A stretch of 64,000 nt of DNA from Octopus bimaculoides (Eukaryota), in assembly GCF_001194135.2 (NCBI RefSeq), contig NC_068986.1, positions 26,354,519-26,418,518 of the forward strand. Reading direction: 5' to 3'. How positions within the stretch are numbered: position 1 is the stretch's first letter; every line of letters begins with the position of its first letter. Made by a program: the position numbers and the translations under genes. Below are positions 28,600-42,123 of the stretch, piece after piece. The notes under the pieces were generated by a model. That model saw nothing but the letters and a program-made list of their open reading frames with translations, made no database searches and was not told the origin of the DNA.

Positions 28600-28936
28600 A
28601 AATATATGCGCGCAGTTGGGTAGAAGAAGGTTTTGAAGTGAGATGAGGCGTCACCGCGTAATGGGGAATAAACAACCACATCGATGACGAAGATGGTGAT
28701 GGATAGTCACATGATCGTCAGTCACATGATAAATCGCCATCGTCATATGCAACAACGCTACAAACTCTTTCGGACGAGTCCAATATATGCTTGGAGTGCC
28801 GCAAATTGCCTTGCACTCCCACGAAGCTGAAATAGACTGCGCTACTTGTTGAACTAGTCCACAATTTCATCTTGTCGGCCTTACTATCAACTGTAGCTAT
28901 TTCGCAGCTGGACATAACAACTGCTACACATACAAG
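28600..28936 (+). promoter_or_regulatory. REEP5 proximal promoter/5' UTR, CpG-enriched, tandem E/M-box
   Basis: CpG density visibly rises from about 28600 into intron 1 relative to the rest of the window; GTCACATGAT at 28706-28715 and 28721-28730. Confidence 0.6.
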
Positions 28937-29078
28937 ATGGTCGCTATTAACCCTCAGCCGGCGGCAAGCAGCTATTTAGCCAAATTCGAAAAAGCACTGC
29001 ATGAAAAGAATGCGGTGACCGACCTTTTGGCGAAAGTTGAAGCTAAAAGTGGTGTACGAAGATTATATATTGCCTATG
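28937..29078 (+). CDS. REEP5: REEP5/DP1/Yop1 ER-shaping protein, coding exon 1
   Basis: MVAINPQPAASSYLAKFEKALHEKNAVTDLLAKVEAKSGVRRLYIAY(G); LHEKN..TDLLAK.EAK.GV is REEP5-typical; donor G|GTGAGT, phase 1. Confidence 0.95.
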
Positions 29079-32000
29079 GTGAGTTCAAATCTTACTTATT
29101 TGTGCACCATTTCACACTGGAATTTTGCTCGGTGACTGACATTTTGTGGGGATTGAAGTTTTTCTTTTATAAAACTGGTAGCTTACTTTAACCATTGTTA
29201 GTTAAATACGTCTCCATCTAGCAGCAGCAAGATGCTGCATTTCTTTCTCTTTCTTTTGGTTTAAAACTATACATTTCAGTTTGTACATTTGTATATTTCG
29301 AGATAGAAATATTGTACTTTATTAATTTTTTTAATTAAGTGTCAGTATCTGATAGCTTTCAGATTGGGACGCCTTGGTGGATGGCGTTTTCTATTCAAAA
29401 CTGAACCTATTTAATACAAAATCAACCTCACATTAATCTGGTCAAACTTCTTTTGTCATGTAGCACGCCCCTTTTTTGTTTATTTAAAAAAAAATTATCT
29501 AATAAATAGGTGTCATTTAATATGATGTATCTAATTTGTCGAGTGTTTTCTCCCACTATGAAATCAATTAGGTTTTTTTTTTCTTTTCTTAAATGTAGAA
29601 GGATGGTTTCCACACAATTCCATGTATGAATGACTAATATTAATATATCGGTCTTTACCTGGGTTTATTTGACAGCACTAACTGCTATTTCCAGATGTTC
29701 TTTCTTGTCATACAGTTTGTGCAAAATGAATTTCTAATTAGCTAAACAACCACCCTGCAGCTTACATAAATTTATGCTTTGAATTTACCTGACTGTTTTC
29801 AATTATGCATTATTAAATATTGGGGAGGGAAAAAAAAAGAAAAAGCTTGACTGTGTAGTTTGTCGACTTAACATTTTCTAAAAATAATGACGCAGTTCAT
29901 ATTTTATTCAAGTTTCATATCACAACCGTACTAAAACAATTTTTTTTATTGTCGATGTCACTGGTAAATTACATTGCAGCACTGTCATCTTTATGTTTTC
30001 CAAAAACTGTTTTACAATCAAACGAACTCCTTCCGCGATACATTTCGAAATGTGTTCCTCAATTTAGCAAATCTTGCTAAATTACAAATTGGGTGTTTTC
30101 TTTATGTACAATCCCATTTCATCTTGAATTTTTCCTAATTTTTCATCTTCTAAATCGTTTGCTTGTTCGATCGCCATTAAGTACAGCAACAATTCGATTA
30201 TTAGTAGTTAACAGGTTTGTGGATGAGTTTTAAATTAGGTTCCTCTTGGCGTCCGGTATAAAGTCAAATTTATTTGAAAACCTAAAAAAATAGAATAAAT
30301 AAAACATTTTATTCTTCACTGGAAGGAAACAAATCGTATTAATTTCCCGTAAGTGAGGTTTAAATTAATACAACGAAACATAAGATGACCAAGGAGTGTC
30401 TATGGTATGTTTCGTTCTTTTTTCCCTTTGTTTTCCTTCTCGTGTGGTCGATGAAGTGATTGTCTGTAGTACTTGGTTCGATTTCCATCAACTATACACC
30501 CTCAAAAGAAGAGAACTAAATCCTTAATGAACGAAACCAGGTTTTATTTGCTGAAGTCGTTTACATGTTCTGCTCTTTTCTTTGAACTACTATTTGAGAT
30601 CGAAATATTTCGAGTTGAGGATAGGTTTTGGATAATTTAACTTATCCTATCTGTTTCTTTCTTTCTTTCCTCCCCCCCCCCACTTAGTGGTTTATGTTAA
30701 TATTAAGGTCACTACTAACTTGACAGGCATTGAGCGTTGATTTTATTTTTACCTTTTCATCTTTTAATGTTATTCATATAATGAATACTCGATTCCTATT
30801 TCTTTTTACTGCTATGAAAGTGACACACATACTAAGGCGCGTATGTATGTATATATATATATGTGTGTGTGTATACATATACATACACAATTAGGCTGTT
30901 GTATGAGAAAGAACATTTGTTTATATTTTAGTTTTCAAGTGTATCAGCGATGGTTATTGTAAAATTTTAAGATTTAAATGCAATCTCAATTTCCGCGAGA
31001 GTAACCTGTGCTTTCGATAGTCTTTAAAACTAGCTGTTCTTTTCTAATTTCTATTGTTATGATCATTTTCTTTTTCGTGTGAATATCTATTTTGGCGCTA
31101 CTGAAACGCTTCCTTCGCGCGTATTTAAATTAGCAAATTTGACCAGCTGTTTAAGTTGGAGAGTTGATTTTTTTTTTTCTTTCAGTTATGATGTATAAAG
31201 CGATTTAAATGATCAATTACGTTGGCTTTGCTTAGTAAACTTAGCATCAGAATTAAATGGACTTCGTGATGTTTTCATAACTTAATTGTAGAAAAATAAT
31301 TAATTTCGTTATCGTTTGACCTTTTTTTTTTTTTTTTTTTTTACCTTTTTCTTTTCTTGCAAGAAAACGTATAAACAATCTAGTCAGTTTTGAGGCTAGC
31401 ATGTACGCGTAGTCCTTACTTCATAACCAAAATACGTTTTTCGCAATGATTGACATGGCAATTAATCCTGCTAATACTGAGAAAAGCATTATTTTCTTTA
31501 CAAGAATCATAATTGGCTATGATTGTATCGGTTCTGATCGAGCAGGCTCTAAATGGATTAACAGCAATCTGGCCATAACTAACCATCCAGAATTTTTGTG
31601 CGGTTAGGATTACATTTACTTAATGTCCCATTCCTTACTCGGTACAGGGTATATGTTGAGGGAGATATGATTATTTTCAGCTAGTTGAACGATTGCAAAG
31701 AGGTTTCCTCGTAGTGCAGTGGTTATGAGGACAGCTTCACAGCAAAGTTGTAACAGGAGTTAAGTGCTTAACACTAGTCTGGTGATGACATAGTAGTAGT
31801 AGTAGTAGTAGTAACAACAAAAAAAAGTTGACTCTGGTGGAGTAAGTTTAGAGAAGCAGAGACTATTGTGAGGGAGGTCGGAGAGACTGGGGACATGGCT
31901 AGTCAGTGGGTTTTTATAGATCTAGTAAATGAGAACTTGTCTACCAGGTGAAGTTTTTTTTTTTTGTTTCCAATTGTAATTTGTGTATGCCTACTGTTCC

Positions 32001-34397
32001 ATATACGTGAGCAGCCAACCTAATGTAGGTCGGACAATTGAGTGCTGACGAATTTCTACATTGCAAGAACTGGATACTCTTAACTAGTTGCCTTCAAAAG
32101 GCTTATGATTTTTTTTTAGTTTGTGACTGGAGTATGTAGTGCTTTTTATTTTGTAGGTAAAAAAATTAAATGTCTTGGCATGTTTATCGGTTTGATTCAA
32201 GTAGAGTGGTTGTGACTTCGCTTGAATAACGTCCTGAACAATTGCCAATTTTAATCATCACATCCATTTGAAATTTCAGCTCCTGATATTTACTTAATGA
32301 GTGTGCAAAATATGGATCGATTTTTAGATTAAAAAATATATTAAGTATAACGTTTCCTTTTATGGCATGTTAAATGATGTAGGATGCGCACCAACTCGTT
32401 GCAAACTGTTTTAAAGTGCATGTTTAGCTGGTGGAACATTACTTCTATTGAGTACGAAAGGAAGCGATGCAATATTGTTTGCTTTGCTTATTGCTAAGAT
32501 CCTTAAAAACTGGTAATGCTCTTTATCAATTAGGCTATTGATTTCGATGAATTGAATGTATGTGGAAAATATAACTGTTTCAGCCTTTATCCATCATATG
32601 GGCACAAATAAATTACTGCTTAGCAGACAAAAAGCAAGGTTCAAAATGTTACCTTCATCTAACTACTATGGAATTTACTGAACTTCCCTATTTTTTTGTT
32701 TAAGTCATTAGACTGGCCATGTTGGGGCAGCGTCTTCAATTTTAGTTGAAGGAATCAACACCCGTATTTAATTTTTTAAAGCCTGGCATTTATTCTGTTA
32801 AGTTATGGGGACGTAAACGCACCAGCACCGGTTAAGTTTCCATCTACCAAATCCACTGACAGGGCTTTAGTCGACTCAAGGCTATAGTAGAAGACATTTT
32901 GCTCAAGGTGCCATGCAATGAAACAGCCTGAAACCATGTGGGGAATTCCATCAATATACTTGAATAAAAGAAAATATTTTAAAAAAATAATAAATATTTT
33001 CTTTGTCTTTGAAACTCAGTGGTTTTCCAATTGTCTCTCAGAAACTGCTTCAGTTTTTAAACCATTCAGTACCAGTCAGATGCCAGCTTGGAGAAATATG
33101 AAAAGCACTAGCAATTGCCATTAAAAAGAAAAAAAAAAGAGAAACTTGTCTAGACTGGACAGGATGCTTTTATTTTGAAACAGCTGCACACTGGTTAGAA
33201 GCGTTACTAATTCATTTTTATTGAGTTCACTCCCCGTTAGTATTAAAGTCGAAGTAAGAGTTGGATTTTTAAGTATCCATTTATGAAACTTTATTACAAT
33301 GTTAATGCAACCACATTTATGATCATTGTCACATTTAGGAAATAGTGGTTGCTGTGAAAGTAATGTTTACTATTGTTTTATTTGATAGTCAGCTGGGATT
33401 TTAAATGTAACAGGAAACGAAATGTAAGATCAGAGTACATACTTAGTATCATTCTATATAATAGGCATTCCCAAATATTTAGTCTGACATAATGCAGCAG
33501 GAAATTTTGTGTGCATCCTTCATGTACTCATCTGCTAAAGCTCTTAATGTGTCAAGAATATCATACTTTCGATAGAATGTGAAGTCTTTTTTTTCTTTTT
33601 TAAATAGTATATCTCGAAGCATATATATAAAGCTATAAGTATCCTATAAATATTGGGTTGAAAAACTCTTGATAGAAAGTTGTAGGCTGCTCGTGGGTCT
33701 CAACGCCAATTCTCCAGTCCTGTCCACATTTCAACCCAATGTTTACATGCTATTACTTGTAACTCTCTGTGTGTACTTTGAGATATACCATTCCAAAAAA
33801 GAATGTTTGCTCAACTCAGGCCCTTTGCTGTTTCTATGAATGTTAAATTCAAGTTGTTTTCAAGAAATTTACAGAGCTCATTGATCCAATTTCATAGCAA
33901 ATATTTCTACACAGATTTCTCTGCATTAAAGAAATAGAAATTGAAGGTATATTTAGGCTACCTCTATCAGATATTTAGTCATCATAAGGGCTCAATGGTT
34001 GGTTTAGTGCTGGTCATTATGGATTCTGTATCTTTATTCTTGAAGCAATGTCCTCAACTATTTAATTTTATGTAAGATTGAATGGGAATTTTTTTCCATG
34101 ACACATTTTTTTAAAGATTTTCAATATTTGAAGTTTTACTTGCAGAACGTTACTGTTCTTAGAAAAGTTTGGTTCTATTAAGTTTCTAGAGAGGATGGGT
34201 GGATGTAATTAATAGATTGCAATGTTGAGGTATAATGCTTCAAAGGAACATTTGTGATTTTCAGCAGCTGTTGATTACGGAACACAACCAATCAAGTTGG
34301 CATATATTTTCAGTTCAACTTTCTGAACATTGATTTGTATGTGTCTACGAGTGTGTGGCTAAACTTTTAGCCAAGCTCATTTCACTTTTAGAGTTTG

Positions 34398-34593
34398 TAC
34401 AAGAGGGTGCTGAAAAGTTCCTGACTTTGAGTAAAATTAAATACAGGAAGATCAGTTATTTTAAATGTATTTATTCCCTTTTGATTCACACAATTATTGC
34501 AACAGTCATCAAGTTTTTCTGATCCCTGTAAAAGAACTTGGAAGGTTAGGCTTCCAACCAGGCCTTTTGCGATACCTTTAAAGGCAGGAACTT
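34398..34593. mobile_element. Mariner-type MITE remnant
   Basis: TA-CAAGAGGGTGCTGAAAAGTTCCTGAC left end and partial right end GGCAGGAACTT. Confidence 0.55.
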
Positions 34594-37399
34594 GTATTTA
34601 TAACATTTAGGATTGGAAATATGGCTGTTACTTTAAAGCCAATACTTTGAAATTATCTGATTGCTTCAAGAGCTGGTCTAGCAATTAGATCACATGTTGG
34701 CTTTATGAGGTTGATAATTGTCTTATAGACTATATTAACTAGTTCATAAATTAATTTTTTGGTATGACTGTGTGACTGAGAACAGCATGACAGGCTTTTG
34801 ATGTTAAACAGTTTATTCCTATCTGTAAAGTGATATTTCAATCTCATGTCAACGTTTATCAATTTGTTATCTTGATGTACTGTGCTAATACAATAGTTTT
34901 TATTTAGTTTATATGAGACTATATACTGGCTTTTATAGGACAGTATATAAGTTAATGTAATTTTGTCTAATACGATGGAATTTGATTTCTTTAAATTTAA
35001 AACAATTGTATGCACTATATTGACTTGCATACAAGGCTACAGAGCAGCCCAAAGAGGTTAGCCTAGCCTAGATCCATTGTCATTGAAAGCAGATCACCTT
35101 GATTTATCCAGCTAAACAGGATTCATAATTCAATAAAATGACTATTTATAAATTCTGTTGGTAAATACTAAGTTAAAACTATTTTTTTGAGCCCCCCTTT
35201 TTCTTTTTTATCAAATGCAGTTAATCTTAATTATAAGGAACAATTGGTCCATTAACATCACATCACATCTTTTTGTTTCTATTTACACTGTTTAAACAAG
35301 CTAATGTCATTAATACATCCTAAAACTTCTTGGGGAAAAAGAAAATTGCTTCACCCACACCATTATCTTCTGTGAAAACTGGCTACATGCAAATATTTAA
35401 CTACAATTTGTTTTCCTTCTCTTGGACTGAAAGTTTCCTGTTAAACTGTTTCATTGCAGTGTAATGACAAGGTTCTCTTTACTCTGCGCTTTGTTTCATA
35501 TTTCAATTATGATTTACAATTTACCTTGCTATCACTTACGACATTCTTGTGATGATACTATCCTTCACTTATCCTGAAAATCTACCCTCCAAAAGACACC
35601 CAACAACTTAGTCTTAAACAGCACAAATATAATTGTAAGTCTTAAACAGCACAAATATAATTATAATTCTGATCTTGGATACAGTCACTTTTTCTAAATG
35701 TAAAAGAATACAACTTTCAAAATTGATATTTTTCGGCTTTGAAATCATTCACCAGTACACTGCAATTGCTACCTTCAAGATTTGTTTCTTTGCTTATTTT
35801 GTTTTTAGTCAAATGCCCTTTGCTCTCTAGATCTAACTATTTGTTTGCCTACTTTGGCTGATTTTTTTTTCTCTATTGAAATAGGATAGACATTTTTTCT
35901 TAAACTGATTTTATGTTAATTTTGATTAAGTTATTGAAGTGATCTGGACACCTCAGTATCTAAATTTGTACACTGTCTACAGAGGATTTCATAAAAGTTT
36001 AACAAAATTGACTTTTTTTTTTCTGTATAACTTATCAATGACATCATCAAGATTTAATGAATGTAAGTGAAACAGTATGATCCAAGAAAATGTGATGCCC
36101 TGCATAAAAAAATAAATAAATAAATAAAATTTCTATCCAATAAGTTAGTTTGGAAGGTTTTATTTCCAATGTCAAATTATCTTCCTCACAGCAAACTAAA
36201 TTATTCCACTTTGAATTTTTGGTGAACAAATTCTGTTTATTTGAGTGGGCTCCTGCTGAAAAGCATTTTTATATTGCTAATTTCTAATTTTTTCCTTAAC
36301 ACTTGCTTAGAAAAATGTACACAATTATCTTTACTAAACACTTAAATAAAACTTTCATTTTGTAGTTTGTTACTGCTTTGTTAATAGCATTGATTTTAAA
36401 AATTTTAATAGTATTCTTGGATACTTTAACATTTTTCAGACTTCTTTTTTTTTCCATTAATAAGTTTTAATTGTTCATCAGGAGGTCTCTATTCTTGAAT
36501 ATCTTGTTCTATGTTGGATTTGTTATTGGAACATTTTTCTAAAAGACAAATAGTGGTTTCAAATTTTAGCACAAGGCCAGCAATTTCCAAGGAGCAAGTA
36601 AGCTGGTTACATTGACCCCAGTGCTCCACTGTTACTTATTCTATTGACCCCAAAAGGATGAAAAGCAAAGTCAACCTCAGTGGAGTTTGAACTTGGAATG
36701 TAGACAAAATACTGCAAAGCTTTTTACCTGGCATGCTGATGATTATGCCAGCTCACTGCTTTAAAGAAAGCTAATTAATATTACAATTCAGTAAGTCACT
36801 AATGTATGTATTAGCCTATTGTTTCTCTTAGTTGCCTAATAAATAGAACTTAATTTTCTTTTTAATTAGAAATTAGTTCAAATCCATCTTAACATGGTCA
36901 ACAATAAGACATTCAACAGTTGTCAGTTACTGATAAAGACACAGGATAAGTTAAATTGTCCAGAAAAATATACAGGGCTAACTTAAGGTTAGGGAGACAT
37001 TCATTTTAGAGCACTAATTCAGTAACAATATACTTTACCACATTTCTATTGAATAATTAAAATGTTGACTTACAAAGGTAATAGGTAGGTTACACTGTAA
37101 ATTGCTAGTAATTGTTGCTGAATCTTAGTCTGCTCTGAACAGACTGATTGACACTGTTGAATGCATAGGAGCAACCTTCAGGTCAGTCATCTGAGATGTC
37201 TATATTGGCATGTCAGTTTGTATGATGAACTTGGTTTTAACTTTTAGGTTTGTTCTAGAATTTGAACTTAAAACATGGTTCCATTTTAAAGATTGGTAGG
37301 GGGGGGGGTGCTACTTTATTGAACAGGTTAATTCCCTCACTGATTTTTGTAAACTTAACTGGAAAGCCATGAACAAAGGTACAAAAAGGAAGAAAAAAA

Positions 37400-38470
37400 A
37401 GTCCATTGAATTGAACTTTGCTATCCTTTCACAAGGAGCTCTATCAATAGCACTTCTGGAAGCTAGTAAAGCCTTCAGGTTGGAGGTTGGATAACATTTT
37501 CATGCAGATCAAATTGAACCTTGCACAAATGATTCTTAAATCAAACAAGTGCATGCTGACAAAAATATCCAATATATATCCCTCAACAAGCTAATTCCAA
37601 CCTATCAAACCTGCAAGCCAACTTTTTAATGTCACTCAGCACCCTAAAGGTGTTTCAGAAGGAACTGATAACGGGCACCAGCTTTGTTGATTTGTCTACT
37701 GAATTTGTTACTTCCTCAAAAAGGTCTTGTTGACAATAGACCTGGTTCTTACAGACCTTGTATGAGCACCTCCTAAAGGTGCCACTTCGTCTTGAATAAG
37801 AAACAAGCAAAGCTAATTACAACAAAATGGCTTACCTCAAGGTAGTGTGTTGGCACCACTACTATATAAGTGACACCAATGACTACCCAGTAAGGGAAAA
37901 TGGCCAGCTTAAGATATGGGAGCCACAGTATAAACATCTGCTCTGGTTTATGCCATTTTTCTGCAGAGTATGCGTACTCTATTTGAGAGAAACCACCCTT
38001 ATCAAAAACAAGGACTTGGTGTTGCTCAGTTCTTGCTCTCTGATCATTGGTGGCTTGAAATCCACCAAAAACGAACGACTTGTATCTCTTTGTCACTGCT
38101 CTGGAGACAGGAGGTTGCCGGATAAGTTGAGATGACAAAAGCTGTTAATGAATGCTGTAATCTTTATGGATGAACCCTGGAATCTAGAAACTCTCACATC
38201 CAGCTCCCATATCTTAAGAGTAGACCAAACTCCAATCATGGTTGGAGATGCTTGAGAATAACCTTCCAATTGACATGGGTCCCTGGGCAATCAAATGCTA
38301 CTTTGGTCATATGGGTTTGTTTCTCCAGTGATCTGCAAACCACATTATGTAGCACCAACTTGTCTGCTCTCTGCTATCCTACCCCTGTAGCCCAAAAGAT
38401 CATGCACAGACTTCATTGAGAATACCAAGAGCTATGTGGCAAGGTGAGAAACTGCTAATATGACCACTGC
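37400..38470 (+). mobile_element. Decayed LINE RT (Ingi/Vingi-like) in REEP5 intron 1
   Basis: FQKELITGTSFVDLS and NGLPQGSVLAPLLY...TNDYP RT motifs, with frameshifts. Confidence 0.7.
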
Positions 38471-41282
38471 ACTTGCTTCAAAGAAACAAGGAGCTCAGTA
38501 ATTTCTGCTTCATGATTGCATTGAGGCATCCAATCATAAAATCACACTAAATTTGCTGACATATAAAAATACTTTAGAACTTCTTGATAATGTTATCATT
38601 TTATATTTTACTTGTTAAATAGGACTTTGTTACTTATCTTAACCTTTGATCATCGGCTTAAGTGTATTCTATCAGTGACCTGCAAGTCTATTTTATTTCA
38701 TAAGCATTTTATTTGTACATAGTTAATAAGTTTAGCTTTAACATGGATCCTTGGGATTACATAAAGCCCTATGCCTACAAGCTTTTGGCTTTGGTTTTAA
38801 CACGTAATGGTGAGTGTTACAGGTTCATTTCATAAATAGTTTCTTGGAATATTTTGTTGAGTAATTTAATGTTTTAATTTCTTGGATTTAGTATTTCATT
38901 GCTCATGTTTTTGATAGATTTTGCTGGAATAGAATTTTATGAAACAATCTCTTGAAAAGTTCTTTTCAGTAAATTTTAAACATTTGCTTAAATTCAAAAC
39001 CCAATGTAGCTGTTGTCATTCAGCTAATATCATGGTCTGTAATTTAAATAATTGTAGACTTTCGTTATAACTCTTGAAATTGATCCTGGTCTTTTTGTAA
39101 AACTGTCTGGGAATATAAATGTAGCTTTTGGGAAAATAGCTATGTAGATTCTGATAGTCAATATTAAGTAAATAAACTTCTTTTTTTTCTAAAATGAAAA
39201 CTAGTTTTATTGATATATATCTATGGAATGTAGCTTTTTCATGAAATGTATGTTGCAATTATAAAGCAAACCTGTTAACAAATAGATGAAAGGTTAGAAC
39301 TGAATGTGCTTTTAGTATGAGTTGCATTAAATTAGCTATAAAATCCTTTTGTTCATGTTCTATTGATATGTTTATATTTAAATGTTTAAGAATAGACTGG
39401 CAGCCATCAGAGCATCACATGAAAATGCCTATTTTTTGTTCTGAAACTTGGCAATCTGAGTTCAAATCCCAATATGGTCAACTTTGCCTTTTTGTTCTTT
39501 GAGTTAATAAAAAAAAACAAAAAAAAACTAGTCTAGGGTGGTGGATTGGTGCACTTATTGTTGGACTGGTATTTGTTTCAGCTTTGTAATCTGGGTTCAA
39601 ATCCTACTGTCGCTTATTTAGGTGGTAGACTTTAGCAGACTCTGCTGTGTGGCAAGCAATTAGACCAGGTCTCTAGTGTGGGGTAACTTCCTCTTTTTCC
39701 TTCTGCTACCCTCAGGAGGCAGTGGGAAAGATCACAAACACTACCCTTTCTCCTGCCCAAAAGATATATGTATATCAGTCTGTAAATGATAAAATATATG
39801 ATAGTAAGAACTATTGCTTCAGCTTTATAAAGTTTTAATCACATAATTTTAGTCTTTTGAAATTGGTCCCCTATTTCCAATATAAATTTGGGAGAACCTT
39901 TTTATGAAAAATAAGATTTTTCAGGTTTAAATTTTATCAATGTCCTTCATTTTTTAATTTTTTGTTTTTTATAAGCACATTATCTGGGTTATGAGGTAGT
40001 AGAAATTGTAGAACATGAGGTAAAGGCCAAATGGTATTTTTGTGTTGTCACTTTGCTTCAGATATATTTCATCTGTATAGTTGATAAAATATTTGTTCAA
40101 ATACTAGAAATAATATATTATCATGCCTGTCAAATTATCTTGTCTATGTATGCCAAGTACTTCTCTATGACATGAAATTTACTGTTTTTGTTTTTCTTTG
40201 CTTTTAACTTAATTGGTCAGGATTTTAGAAATTTATTTTAAGCAATATAATTCACAAATGTACGGCAATGGAAAGTGTACTTTGTCTTGATTACTGAAAA
40301 TTAGTGTTTGGGCTTCAAATTTTTTAAAGGCTGTGATGACACTGATGATAAAGCAGATAAATGCCTATCAATATTTACTGCTTTTTATGTTTTAAATTCA
40401 AATTCCAATGAATCTCTAAGTATTGATAAAGCAAGTACTGGTAATATTTATTAGGTGCTGAGTTGAGTATACTCTCTTCTGAAAATGCTAGAGTATGAGC
40501 TACTGTTAGATTTTTGAAGTTACAGCTTGGTTTTAGTCTGTAGACATGGGTCATAGATGACTGTATCACCACCTTTTTCGATCGCTAAAAATGACATTCT
40601 GAAATTTGATAAATTATCATGGAGTTGAATACTTATGAGCCAGCTTACTTGCAGTTGGTTCATCCTGCTCTGCATATCTAATTTCACTCAGCTTTTCTGT
40701 ACATACTGAAGGTATGAGTATACATTTCTTACACATGATATCTATTAAAATATCTTTCTTCCCATGTATCATATTTGTCTTTCTAATTATACCTGTGCAT
40801 GTGCTCTTTATATTTTTTACTCTCTAATAATCTAGAGTAAAGATTGGATTATTCAGCTTGGAGCAGTTGATAGGTTTTGTTTGTTCAAATTCTGTATATA
40901 GTTCAAAGCAATGAACTTGCTGATATTTCAAGTTTTACAGTTAGTTCAGAACTACAATATATTTGGGTTTTTCAATGCTTAAATATTACTCAACTAAAAC
41001 CAGAACATCGCTTGAGAAGTATCATAATTTTAGTAAGCTATATTGCATTTACTAGTGAAGCTTTGTTGTCCAAGGAGTGTTTCAGCTAATGAGTTATTCT
41101 ATGGCTTTTATTTATTTTTTTTGTTCTGTTTAGAAATCTTAAAGGAGTGTTAATGAGCCTTTTGGAACAATTTATTTACTGTAGATTTGCTTATTTACTG
41201 TAGTGTCCAGCTGTCAATATAAAATGTGTATCTTGTAACTTATTTCTGAATCTTCAAATTTGAGTCTTGGTATATTTCTTAG

Positions 41283-41405
<123 letters not shown>

Positions 41406-41984
41406 TAAGTATATCTGAAGATTGGCACAAATTAAATTGTTTCTTGTTGCCTCTAGTGGATTATTTACTATTAGAAATGGTTGTAATAGTATGTTGGTGC
41501 AAGGCATTTTGCTTTGAACTCTAAATAGATAATTGAATTAGAGTACAAACCCAGAAGCATAGCAATCAGATTTAAATGCAAAACAGAAAGGTAATGTTAA
41601 ATAGTAAAAGACAGTCTAATCCTGTTGGCTATTTCACTTCCCTAAGATTGGTACTATCATGAAAACTTGTGTTGAAGGTAATTTAACTGCAGACTTCTGA
41701 TGAAGCATAACCTCCTTGCATTATAACTTGGTTTCTGAACTGAATCTTAAAAATTCAATATCAGGAAAATATAAAATTACTCTAACTGGAGATTAAAGTT
41801 CAAAACACGCTTGATTCAATTCCACTTAAGAGAAAAACTGGTCTTGTTTGTTAAAGTGTATGGAAATACTTGAGAAAAATAATGCTAATTTCATTTTGGA
41901 TATGAATTTTAAGAATGTATTGCAAAATAATTTGAAACTGGCAGAACATTCAAATTAAATTGCATTGTATTTTTGTCTTTTCAG

Positions 41985-42123
41985 AATCAAAGCCATTGAA
42001 AGTGTACGCAAAGATGATGATACCCAATGGCTCATGTACTGGGTAGTTTTTAGTGTATTCAGTCTTGTTGAGTTCTTTGCTAATTTAGTGCTCTTCTGGA
42101 TACCATTTTACTGGTTTCTTAAG
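41985..42123 (+). CDS. REEP5: REEP5 coding exon 3 (139 nt)
   Basis: tttcag| IKAIESVRKDDDTQWLMYWVVFSVFSLVEFFANLVLFWIPFYWFLK |gtaggt; TB2/DP1/HVA22 core. Confidence 0.97.

Noticed and set aside
29900-30290. Antisense near-ORF MAIEQANDLEDEKLGK... in REEP5 intron 1
   Set aside because: Two in-frame stops, no recognisable motif; CpG content is explained by promoter proximity.
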